64,000 nt of DNA, taken from contig CAVSAC010000010.1 in assembly GCA_963725865.1 (NCBI GenBank), forward strand, positions 544,001-608,000, written 5' to 3'. A program made the position numbers and the translations under genes. Source of the DNA: Candidatus Eiseniibacteriota bacterium. GTDB lineage: Bacteria > Eisenbacteria > RBG-16-71-46. A model generated the notes under the pieces. The model was not told the DNA's origin. It searched no databases and was given only the letters and a program-made list of their open reading frames with translations. Position 1 is the stretch's first letter. The number at the start of each line of letters is the position of its first letter. Positions 51,849 to 60,585 of this stretch are shown here, in pieces.

Positions 51849-54527
51849 ATGAGTCGCTCGCTTCGCTCCACCCTCGCGCGCGCCGGTGGCGCCCTCGCGC
51901 TCGCCGCGCTCGCCGCCCTCGCCGGTGTGCTCCCCGCGCGGGCCGCCACCAACGTGACGTTCCGCTACCAGCCGGTGATCGGCGGGGTCTCCCAGGTGGC
52001 GGTGGCCGGGTCGTTCAATGGCTGGAACGCCACCGCGAACCCGCTCGCCGACGCCGACAAGGACGGCGTCTGGGAAGCGGTGGTCGCGCTCGAGCCGGGT
52101 CGCGTCGAGTACAAGTTCGTGGTGAACGGGGACCAGTGGTTCACCGACGAGAGCGCTGCGGACTTCTCCCCCGACGGCTTCGGTGGCCAGAACTCCATCC
52201 TCGTGGTCGGCTCGCAGCCGGTCGTGGTGGGACACGGCACCACCATCAAGAAGATCGAGAAGCCGCAGGCCGGGCTGCGCCAGGTGTCGTTCAAGTTCCA
52301 CCCCACCGGCGCGGCTTCGAAGGTGAGCCTCGCGGGCTCGTTCAACGACTGGACGGTCGGCAAGACGCCGCTCGGCGGTCCCGACGCGAACGGCGACTGG
52401 ACCGTCACCGTGCTGCTGGCGCCCGGGTCCTACCCGTACAAGTTCGTGGTCGGCGACGACGGCTGGACGCAGGACAAGGCGGGCCAGGACGCCGAGGTCG
52501 ACGACGGTTTCGGCGGCAAGAACTCCGTGCGCAACGTCGACGACCGCTTCGCCAAGATCGACGTGAAGGCGGGCGACGGGAAGATCTTCCCCGACGGCAT
52601 CACGCACACGCAGGGGGCGAACGAGATCAACAACACCGGCGGCGGCCGGGTCGAATTCACGGCGCGGGCCCATCGCGACGACATCACCGGCATCGACCTG
52701 CTCAGCTGGCCGGCCGGTAAGGCGACCGTGACGCCGATGCGCCTCGTGAACACCGACAAGGTATTCGACTACTACCGCGTCACCGCCACGCTGCCCGGAG
52801 GCGAGACACCCTACGTGTTCCGCTACCACGACGGGCCCGCGGCGCAGGATCTGACGCCCAAGGGCTTCGAGCCCAAGGCCACCACCGACCGGTTCACGTA
52901 CTCCGCGGCGCGCTTCCCGGCGTTCGTGACGCCCGACTGGGTGAAGAACGGCATCATCTACCAGATCTTCCCCGACCGGTTCCGCAACGGCGATCCGACC
53001 AACGACCCCGACTTCCACGAGTGGTATTACGACGGCAAGAAGGCGGCCCCGGCGCCCGGGTCCAAGCTGGCGGTCGAGTACCAGGAGTACTACCACCTGG
53101 TGAAGCCGTGGGAGAACTACCAGGCGCTGACCCAGTGCCCGTGGACGAACGACGGGCGCGACTGGATGGGTTTCTACGGCGGCGACATCGAGGGCGTGCG
53201 CAAGAGCCTCGACTATCTCAAGGGCCTGGGCGTGACGGTGATCTACTTCAACCCGATCTTCGAGGCCAAGTCCACGCACAAGTACGACGCGGCCGACTAC
53301 AAGAAGCTCGACCCCCACTTCGGCACCAACGCGCAGTTCATCACGTTCGTGAAGGAGGCGAAGGCCAAGGGCATCCGCGTCATCCTCGACATCGTCTACA
53401 ACCACTCCGGCAACGCGCACTGGGCGTTCCGCGACGCGGTGGAGAAGGGCACGCAGAGCCCGTACTACCAGTGGTACGAGTTCAAGCAGTGGCCCCTGCC
53501 GCCGGGCTGGCCGAACGTGGGCCACGGGTGGAAGCCGGGCGACTACTACTACTGCTGGTGGGGATTCGGCGACCTGCCCGACCTCAACTTCGACCTCTCG
53601 CGCAACGCCGACGCCGAGAAGGCCATCAAGGACGTCCGGCAGGCGCAGGTCAACGTGCCGCTGGTCAACTACCTGCTCGAGACCACCGAGTACTGGCTCA
53701 AGGAGGCGGACGTCGACGGGGTGCGCCTCGACGTGCCGAACGAGGTCCCCTACTGGTTCTGGACCGTGTTCAACCAGCGCGTCAAGAAGGTCAAGCCCGA
53801 CGCCTACATCGTGGGCGAGTTGTGGGGGAACGCCTCGGACTACGTGAAGCCGGGCGTGTACGACGCGGTGATGAACTACGCGTTCTTCCGCGATCCGGTC
53901 CAGAAGTTCATCGGCATGGGCCAGGGCACCGCGGCCGAGTTCGACGCGACGCTCGCCACCGGACGCCTCACGTACCCGAGCCAGGCGGTGGCCGTGCAGA
54001 TGAACCTGATCGACAGTCACGACACCGTGCGGTTCCTGACCCAGGCGGGCGGCGACGCGAAGCGATTGATGCTCGCCGCGCTGTTCGCGATGACGTACGT
54101 GGGCGCGCCGACCATCTACTACGGCGACGAGATCGGCATGGAGGGCGGCAAGGATCCCGACTGCCGGCGCCCGTTCATCTGGAGCTGGCAGTCGGAGCCC
54201 GCGCGGGTCGCGATGCACGACTGGTACGCGAAGCTCGGCGCGCTGCGCCAGTCGCACGCGGCGCTGCGCACCGGCGAGTTCCGCACCGTCCATGCCTCGG
54301 GCATGACGTACGGCTACGTGCGCAGCGACGGCAAGGAGGATTTCCTGGTGGTCCTCAACGCCGGCCGCCAGGACGGTGAGGTGAAGCTCGACCTCGGCGA
54401 CTGGGGCGGCAAGCTCACGGCGGCCGACGCGCTGGCCGGGGGGCCGGCCCAGACGTGGAGCGGAAGCGCGACGATCGCGGTGCCCGCCGAGTCCGGCCGG
54501 GTGTTCCAGCTGACCCGCGCGCACTAG
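51849..54527 (+). CDS. Exported GH13 neopullulanase/cyclomaltodextrinase-like enzyme with two N-terminal CBM48-like domains
   Basis: AAGGAG RBS, signal peptide ARA/AT; TPDWVKNGIIYQIFPDRF, YGGDIEG, DIVYNH, DGVRLDVPNE, VGELW, DSHDT, PTIYYGDE, DPDCRRP. Confidence 0.92.
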   Translation: MSRSLRSTLARAGGALALAALAALAGVLPARAATNVTFRYQPVIGGVSQVAVAGSFNGWNATANPLADADKDGVWEAVVALEPGRVEYKFVVNGDQWFTDESAADFSPDGFGGQNSILVVGSQPVVVGHGTTIKKIEKPQAGLRQVSFKFHPTGAASKVSLAGSFNDWTVGKTPLGGPDANGDWTVTVLLAPGSYPYKFVVGDDGWTQDKAGQDAEVDDGFGGKNSVRNVDDRFAKIDVKAGDGKIFPDGITHTQGANEINNTGGGRVEFTARAHRDDITGIDLLSWPAGKATVTPMRLVNTDKVFDYYRVTATLPGGETPYVFRYHDGPAAQDLTPKGFEPKATTDRFTYSAARFPAFVTPDWVKNGIIYQIFPDRFRNGDPTNDPDFHEWYYDGKKAAPAPGSKLAVEYQEYYHLVKPWENYQALTQCPWTNDGRDWMGFYGGDIEGVRKSLDYLKGLGVTVIYFNPIFEAKSTHKYDAADYKKLDPHFGTNAQFITFVKEAKAKGIRVILDIVYNHSGNAHWAFRDAVEKGTQSPYYQWYEFKQWPLPPGWPNVGHGWKPGDYYYCWWGFGDLPDLNFDLSRNADAEKAIKDVRQAQVNVPLVNYLLETTEYWLKEADVDGVRLDVPNEVPYWFWTVFNQRVKKVKPDAYIVGELWGNASDYVKPGVYDAVMNYAFFRDPVQKFIGMGQGTAAEFDATLATGRLTYPSQAVAVQMNLIDSHDTVRFLTQAGGDAKRLMLAALFAMTYVGAPTIYYGDEIGMEGGKDPDCRRPFIWSWQSEPARVAMHDWYAKLGALRQSHAALRTGEFRTVHASGMTYGYVRSDGKEDFLVVLNAGRQDGEVKLDLGDWGGKLTAADALAGGPAQTWSGSATIAVPAESGRVFQLTRAH

Positions 54528-54548
54528 CCAGCGCCGCGGCGAAGCGCG

Positions 54549-54581
54549 ACGGGCCCCGTCCGGTCAGCGGACGGGGCCCGT
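54549..54581. terminator. Hairpin between convergent GH13 and malK genes
   Basis: ACGGGCCCCGTCCG-GTCAG-CGGACGGGGCCCGT, 14-bp perfect stem. Confidence 0.65.
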
Positions 54582-54603
54582 TCGTCGTGCGGCGCGGCGC
54601 GGC

Positions 54604-55707
54604 TCAGACGGTCGGCGGCGGCACCAGGTTGCGCTCGGTCTCGGGATCGAAGAAGTGCAGCTTGGCGAAGTCGAAGTGCAGGTCGGAGTGCTCGCCCACC
54701 GCCGGCGCGTGCTGGCCCGGCACCCGCGAGACGATCACGCCCGCCGGGCTCGACCAGTGCACCAGCACCTCGTTGCCCAGCGGCTCGCTCACCTCGACGC
54801 GTCCGCGCAGCGTGCCGCCGGGCCCGTTCGACGCGATCGTCAGGTCCTCGGGCCGCACACCCACCAGCACCGGCCGCCCGCGGCGCCCGGCCAGCGTGGC
54901 CGCGAGCGACTCCGGCAGCGGCACGCTCCAGCCGTCCACCGTGAACGCCAGCGCGCCCTCGGCGCTGACCTGGGCGTCGAAGAAGTTGATCGGCGGGCTT
55001 CCGATGAACCCCGCGACGAACTGGTTCGCCGGGTGCTGGTAGAGCGTGAACGGGTCGGCCACCTGCTGGAGCACGCCCTTGCGCAGGACCGCGATGCGGT
55101 CGCCGAGGGTCATCGCCTCGACCTGGTCGTGGGTCACGTAGATCATGGTCGCCTGCACGCGCTGATGGAGGCGCTTGATCTCGGCCCGCATCTGGACGCG
55201 CAGCTTGGCGTCGAGGTTCGAGAGCGGCTCGTCGAACAGGAACACCTGCGGGTCGCGCACCATGGCGCGCCCCAGCGCGACCCGCTGGCGCTCGCCGCCC
55301 GACAGCTCCTTCGGCTTGCGCTCGAGATAGGTCTCGAGCCCCAGCGTCTTCGCGGCGTCGCGCACGCGGCGATCGATGTCGCCCGCCGGCAGCTTGCGGC
55401 GGCGCAGTCCGAACGCCATGTTCTCGAACACCGACATGTGCGGATAGAGCGCGTAGTTCTGGAACACCATCGCGATGTCGCGATCCTTCGGAGCGACCTC
55501 GTTGACCACCCGCCCGCCGATCCGGATCTCGCCGGAGGTGACCTCCTCGAGCCCCGCCACCATGCGCAGCACGGTGGATTTCCCGCAGCCCGAAGGGCCG
55601 ACGAGCACCAGGAACTCCCCGTCGCGGATGCTCAGGCTGACGGCATCCACGGCCTGCTGACCGCGGCCGTAGGACTTGGAGAGCTTCAGGAGGTCGACGC
55701 CGGGCAT
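54604..55707 (-). CDS. malK: Sugar ABC transporter ATPase (MalK/MsmX/UgpC family)
   Basis: GPSGCGKST, VFQNYALYPHM, LSGGERQR, FLFDEPLSNLDAKLR, TOBE-like C-terminus. Confidence 0.92.
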   Translation of the reverse strand: MPGVDLLKLSKSYGRGQQAVDAVSLSIRDGEFLVLVGPSGCGKSTVLRMVAGLEEVTSGEIRIGGRVVNEVAPKDRDIAMVFQNYALYPHMSVFENMAFGLRRRKLPAGDIDRRVRDAAKTLGLETYLERKPKELSGGERQRVALGRAMVRDPQVFLFDEPLSNLDAKLRVQMRAEIKRLHQRVQATMIYVTHDQVEAMTLGDRIAVLRKGVLQQVADPFTLYQHPANQFVAGFIGSPPINFFDAQVSAEGALAFTVDGWSVPLPESLAATLAGRRGRPVLVGVRPEDLTIASNGPGGTLRGRVEVSEPLGNEVLVHWSSPAGVIVSRVPGQHAPAVGEHSDLHFDFAKLHFFDPETERNLVPPPTV

Positions 55708-55837
55708 GGATTCGTTCCCTGTGGGTCGAGCGGCGTGGGGATGCGGTGAGCGGCGAGGAAGTTACTCGATGCGACCGCCCCAGGCAACGCGCCGGGGCGA
55801 GGCCGCGCCCCGGCGCGTCGGGAGAGCGGACGCGGGC

Positions 55838-56302
55838 TCACGCCGCGGGCGCGGGCACGGGCACGGGCATGCGCACGACCATCACGTCGCAGGGCGCGTG
55901 GGCGACCACGTGGGAGGCCACGCTGCCCATCAGCAGCCGCGCCAGCCCGGTGCGTCCGTGCGAGCCCATGACGATGATGTCCACGCCCTCGTGCCGCGCG
56001 GCGTCCACGATCGCCTCGCGGGGATCGCCGTGGAGCAGGCGGGGCACCACCTGCAGCCCGCTGCCGCGCAGCTCGCCCTCGGCACGGCTCAGCAGGGCCT
56101 CGTGCGCCTTCACCTGATCGTCCCAGGCCGGCTCGACCGCGAGCGCGCCGGGAGTCTGGAACTCGGCGTAGGCCAGCACCGTCGCCGGCCGCGCGACCGA
56201 CAGCACGATCACCATGCTGCCGGCGGGCCACAGCATCCGCCTCACCCGATCCAGGGCCGCTCGCGAGTGCGGCGAATCATCGATCGCCAGCAAGATCCTC
56301 AT
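55838..56302 (-). CDS. Universal stress protein
   Basis: MRILLAIDDS, GDPREAI, IVMGSHGRTG...LMGSVA. Confidence 0.92.
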   Translation of the reverse strand: MRILLAIDDSPHSRAALDRVRRMLWPAGSMVIVLSVARPATVLAYAEFQTPGALAVEPAWDDQVKAHEALLSRAEGELRGSGLQVVPRLLHGDPREAIVDAARHEGVDIIVMGSHGRTGLARLLMGSVASHVVAHAPCDVMVVRMPVPVPAPAA

Positions 56303-56449
56303 GGCGTCTCCTTTCCTGGGGGGTCGCCGAGAGCATCCCGCCGCCGTGCTCGCGAGGCAAGCGGGTATCGACCCGGCGGGGGCCCCCACCGGGCGTGAAG
56401 ACCGCCACGGCTCCGCGACGCGGCGGCCGCGGGCGCAGCTCTCGAACCG

Positions 56450-57655
56450 CTAGCGGGGCGCGGGTTCGGCGAGCAGGAAGACGAGGATGCGGTCGAGACG
56501 GGCGGACCAGGCGCGCTCGTCGTGACGGGCGCCCGCGACCTCCTCGTAGTGCAGCGCCATGCTCCGGGCGTCGGCGCGCGCGGCGAGCGCGTCCCGCAAC
56601 GCGCGGGTGTCGGCGAGCGCGCGCGCCGGGTCGCCCTCGCTGGCCGCGCCCTCGGCGGTGCCGATGTCCAGCCACACCCGCGCGGGCGCGTGCGGCGCGG
56701 CCGCGGCGACCCGCACGATGTCACGGCCGGCCCACCAGGTGGCGGGCGACACGCAGCCGACGCGGCCGAACACTCCGGGATGCTCGAGCGCCAGCCACAG
56801 CGAGACGATGCCGCCGAGCGAGGAGCCCAGCACGGTGGTGTGCGCCGCGTCCGGGAGCGTGCGATAGGTGGAGTCGATCGAGGGCTTCAGCTCCTCGATC
56901 AGGTAACGCGCGTACGCGGCGGCGCCGCCTCCGCCGGAGCGTTCGTCGGGCACCCAGGTGTAGTCGGCGATGCGATCCGGCGTGTTGGCCACCGCCACCA
57001 GGATGCACGGCGGGATCGAATCCGCGCGCACCAGTCGATCGGCGGTCTCGTCGGCGCCCCACTCCACGCCGATGAACGAGGTGGCGGCGTCGAAGACGTT
57101 CTGTCCGTCGTGCAGGTAGACGACCGGGTAGCGCCGCCCCACCGCCGCGTCGTAGCCGGGCGGCAGCCACACCAGTGCCTGGCGGTCCCGTACATATCGC
57201 GAGTGGAGTGCGGGGTGGGTGCGCACGTCGCCGGTGAGCGTGTGGCTCCGCGGCGTCGCGTGCTCGGTCTGGTCCCGCCAGGCGGCCACCGTCACGCGAA
57301 CGGTGTCCGAGCGCACGGCGCTCCAGCGCCGGTTGGCGAGCTCTTCGCCGCCGGCTCCCTTCTCGACCGTCTCCCACGAGCCGCGCGTGACCTTGAATTC
57401 CAGGGTCGTCCCGCGTGGCACGCTCGCCACGGCGGTGAAGCGGCCGTCGCCGAACGGCGTGCAGCGCAGCCCCGCGGGCGACCAGCCGCCCAGCACCGCA
57501 GCGTCCCCGGCCAGCCACACCCCGGCGTCCGCTGGCGTGCCCGGCGGGATGGTGACGAGGAACACCAGTCGGACGTCCTCGGCGAGCGCGGCGCCCGCCG
57601 CGAGCCCGATCACGAGCAGCGCGGGAGCGAGCGCCGCCGGCAGCCGGGCGCGCAC
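56450..57655 (-). CDS. Secreted CBM20-like + alpha/beta-hydrolase (CE1-like esterase)
   Basis: Signal peptide; VWLAGD...LGGW...EFKVTRGSWETVE; VWLPPGY...YPVVYLHDGQN; GSSLGG nucleophile elbow; HDERAW. Confidence 0.85.
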   Translation of the reverse strand: MRARLPAALAPALLVIGLAAGAALAEDVRLVFLVTIPPGTPADAGVWLAGDAAVLGGWSPAGLRCTPFGDGRFTAVASVPRGTTLEFKVTRGSWETVEKGAGGEELANRRWSAVRSDTVRVTVAAWRDQTEHATPRSHTLTGDVRTHPALHSRYVRDRQALVWLPPGYDAAVGRRYPVVYLHDGQNVFDAATSFIGVEWGADETADRLVRADSIPPCILVAVANTPDRIADYTWVPDERSGGGGAAAYARYLIEELKPSIDSTYRTLPDAAHTTVLGSSLGGIVSLWLALEHPGVFGRVGCVSPATWWAGRDIVRVAAAAPHAPARVWLDIGTAEGAASEGDPARALADTRALRDALAARADARSMALHYEEVAGARHDERAWSARLDRILVFLLAEPAPR

Positions 57656-57656
57656 G

Positions 57657-58310
57657 TCAGGACCGCTCCGTCGCCGCCTCGCGCTTGAGGCGGCGCCCGA
57701 TGAGGTCGACCGCGAGGTAGAGCACGAACATCAGCGCCGCGGCCGCCACGAACCACAGCAGCTTGGCCTTCAGCACGTGCGCGAGCGCCGCGGGATCGTC
57801 GAGCAGGCGCGGCTCCTCGCCCAGCACCCGCGCGCCGAACCACGCCAGCACCGTGCTCCATAGCAGCGAGCCGAGCAGGGTCATGGTGGTGAAGACGCCG
57901 AACGGCATGCGGGCGGCGCCCGCTGGCAACGAGACCAGGTGGCGCACCACCGGCAGCAAGCGCGCGAAGAAGATGCCGCCGTACGAATAGCGGTTGATCC
58001 AGCGCTCGGCCAGCAGCCACTTCTTCTCGGGCACGAACACGTACTTGCCGAAGCGCAGGATGAGTGGCCGCCCGACCGCGCGCGCGACCCAGTACGAGAG
58101 CGCCGAGCCGAGCCACGAGCCCATCGTGGCGGCGAACACCACGCCCCAGAAGTGCATCTTCCCCTGCGTGGCCCAGTACGCCGCGGGCGGCACCACCACC
58201 TCGCTCGGCAACGGGAACACCGTGGACTCGATCGCCATGAGCAGTGCCACGCCCGCGTAGCCCCAGTCGTGCACCAGCCGGAACCACACGCCCAACAGGT
58301 CGTGGAACAC
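57657..58310 (-). CDS. dedA: DedA family membrane protein
   Basis: MAIESTVFPLPSEVV, FARLLPVVRHLVSLPAG. Confidence 0.9.
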   Translation of the reverse strand: MFHDLLGVWFRLVHDWGYAGVALLMAIESTVFPLPSEVVVPPAAYWATQGKMHFWGVVFAATMGSWLGSALSYWVARAVGRPLILRFGKYVFVPEKKWLLAERWINRYSYGGIFFARLLPVVRHLVSLPAGAARMPFGVFTTMTLLGSLLWSTVLAWFGARVLGEEPRLLDDPAALAHVLKAKLLWFVAAAALMFVLYLAVDLIGRRLKREAATERS

Positions 58311-58313
58311 CCG

Positions 58314-59216
58314 CTATGCTCCTTCCTGCGCCGCCAGCGGCGCCGCGTGCCCGGCGAGCGGGCTGTTCGAGGCTTCGGTCTCGGCCCACGCGAAGTCGTC
58401 GCCGTCGGCCACCGGTCGGGCGCACGAGATCGCCGGGTCGTGCTCCAGCATCACCCAGCCAGCCTCGGCCGCCGCACGGCCGAGCAGCGCGCGCTTCTCC
58501 TCCATCGTCTCGATCGCCGCCACGTCGTAGCCCATCACGAACGGCACCCGCACGTGCGAGGCGGTCGGCACCATGTCGGCGACGAAGTAGAGCGACCCCT
58601 CGGGGCCCGCGACCCGCACGCCCTGCTGGCCGCGCGTGTGGCCCTCGAACGTGAACACCTCGATGCCGGGCCACGGACGCTGCGCGCCCTCCCACAGCGT
58701 GAGCACTCCGGCCTCCATCAGAGGATCGAAGTTCTCGGGCAGATACGACGCGCGCTCGCGCGGATTCGGCGCGTGCGCGTTGTCCCAGTTGCGGCGCTGC
58801 ACGTAGTAGCGGGCGCGCGGCAGCCGCGGCACCAGCGCCTCGCCCTCGCGGCGGGTCGAGCCGCCGGCATGATCGAAGTGCAGGTGTGTGAGCACCACGT
58901 CGGTGACGTCCTCGACCGCCAGCCCGCGCGCCGCGAGCGCGTCGTCGAGCGTCGGCACCCCGGACTCGATGCGGTAGATGTCCGTGAGCTTCGGCCCGAA
59001 CTTGGCGCCGACCCCATCGTCCACCAGGATGCGCCGGCCCTCCCCCTCGAGCAGCAGGCAGCGCATCGCGAGGCGGATGCGATTGCGCTCGTCGGGCGCG
59101 TTCGAGCGGCTCCACAGGTTCTTGGGGACCGAGCCGAACATCGCGCCGCCGTCGAGCCACAGGTAGCCGGTCTCGAGGGCGTGCAACTTCCAGGGGCCGA
59201 GGGTGCGGTCGATCAT
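58314..59216 (-). CDS. MBL-fold metallo-hydrolase (YtnP-like)
   Basis: Start MIDRTLG at 59216; LDGGAMFGSVPK, THLHFDHAGG, GHTRG, EHDP. Confidence 0.9.
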   Translation of the reverse strand: MIDRTLGPWKLHALETGYLWLDGGAMFGSVPKNLWSRSNAPDERNRIRLAMRCLLLEGEGRRILVDDGVGAKFGPKLTDIYRIESGVPTLDDALAARGLAVEDVTDVVLTHLHFDHAGGSTRREGEALVPRLPRARYYVQRRNWDNAHAPNPRERASYLPENFDPLMEAGVLTLWEGAQRPWPGIEVFTFEGHTRGQQGVRVAGPEGSLYFVADMVPTASHVRVPFVMGYDVAAIETMEEKRALLGRAAAEAGWVMLEHDPAISCARPVADGDDFAWAETEASNSPLAGHAAPLAAQEGA

Positions 59217-59368
59217 GGGCGGGCAGGATGCGCGAGGGGTGGGTGGGCGGTCAATCCCCCGCGCCGACTCGCAGGTCCGCGCGGGGTTCCGGCACGCTTC
59301 GGGCGCGCCTGCTGCTGCCGGGCGCGCCCGTCGCGTGGGAGGGGGCTGGAGGGGGGTTGTGCGGGACG

Positions 59369-60148
59369 CTACTTGCGATAGCGCGCCTTGAGCGCGCCGA
59401 ACGACAACTGGGACACCGGCGTCGCGCCGAACGCGGTGACCTCGAAGACGACGTCGTTGAAGTCGTTGTCGGCGCCGACGCAGCACGGTGACGGATTCGG
59501 GCCCGTGTCGAGGTCCTCGAAGCACACGAGCCAGGTCTGCTGGCCATCCCCGAGCTCGTGGTTGACCAGCCGCGTGACGTCGAACACGAGCATCTGCACG
59601 TCCCCGTCGGTGGGCGCATGGATCGCGCCGAGGCCGTCGGGTCCACGATCGTTGTACCAGCGGTTGGAGAAGAACACCTCGGGCTGCGGCGCGTTCGGCG
59701 CGTCGCCGGGGCCGTTGGGATCGAGGTAGAAGCCGAACTTGGTCATCGGGTGGTCGAACGCGATGTACGTGGTCGCGCCGATCCCGTCGAGTCCCTCGAA
59801 CACGATGCCGTCGTTGACACCGTCGATCACGGGCTTGGTGCCGGTCTCGACGTACCAGCCGAGCACGTTGAAGTCACTGTTCCCGGCGATCTCGCGCACC
59901 ATCACGGCCGAGAAGTGGTTGTCCACCCAGAACCACGGATCGATGTCCCCAGCGTGGGCGCCGATGTAATCGCTCTCGACGTTGAGCGCACCCGCGCCGT
60001 AGCGGGAGTCGACGACGTCCTGCAGGGACTTGCCGGGGCCGTCCCACGAAGTCCCGAACGCGACGGGCACGATAGCCTGGGCGGGGCTGGCGAGGCTCAG
60101 CAGCCCCGCGGCGGATGCGACTACGCAAAGATGCACCCAAACCTTCAT
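59369..60148 (-). CDS. Secreted DUF4114-like protein with C-terminal SFGALKARYRK tail
   Basis: Signal peptide AQA/I; EIAG...LGWY, FGFYL, VCFEDL...DNDFNDVVF. Confidence 0.75.
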   Translation of the reverse strand: MKVWVHLCVVASAAGLLSLASPAQAIVPVAFGTSWDGPGKSLQDVVDSRYGAGALNVESDYIGAHAGDIDPWFWVDNHFSAVMVREIAGNSDFNVLGWYVETGTKPVIDGVNDGIVFEGLDGIGATTYIAFDHPMTKFGFYLDPNGPGDAPNAPQPEVFFSNRWYNDRGPDGLGAIHAPTDGDVQMLVFDVTRLVNHELGDGQQTWLVCFEDLDTGPNPSPCCVGADNDFNDVVFEVTAFGATPVSQLSFGALKARYRK

Positions 60149-60585
60149 GAAGACGGTCTCCTGCGACTATGGCGATGGGGTGGTTCCATCCACCGGGTGA
60201 CCGGCGGTCATCCAGCGCCCGGCAAGGGGGGGACGAATCTGGGGCCGACGCTGGACTTCTCGTACGCCGAAGAGATTATCAGTCTGGCACTTGCTATCTC
60301 AATGAGTTTTTGGGCCCAGCTCACTCGCCACGCGAGCGGACCAGAAGGACTCAGCGTGCGGTCTCAGCGGGGGTATGCGACCTGGGAGCCGGCACCCTGC
60401 ACCGGGTGATTACCCCCATCGGCGTCTGGAAGTTCCGGCGCGACCGCAGGTGGGTCCCCGGGTGCTCTCCAGCGTCCGCTCGGCGGGCGCCGGCAGCGCC
60501 CCGGCGCGCCCCTCACCTACCCGCTCGGCGGGCGCCCTCCGCGCCCCGCCGGCGCCTTGCGCACCGCCGCCAGGCGCGGCCGGCC

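Noticed and set aside
46306..54527. CBM48 cluster as an intracellular glycogen metabolism operon (glgB/glgX)
   Set aside because: All members have signal peptides or lipoboxes, there is no glgA/glgC/glgP, and the neighbours are an importer and outer-membrane barrels.
60284..60300. TGGCAC-TTGC resembling a sigma54 promoter
   Set aside because: The GG-to-GC spacing is wrong for -24/-12, and it faces away from the adjacent minus-strand gene.
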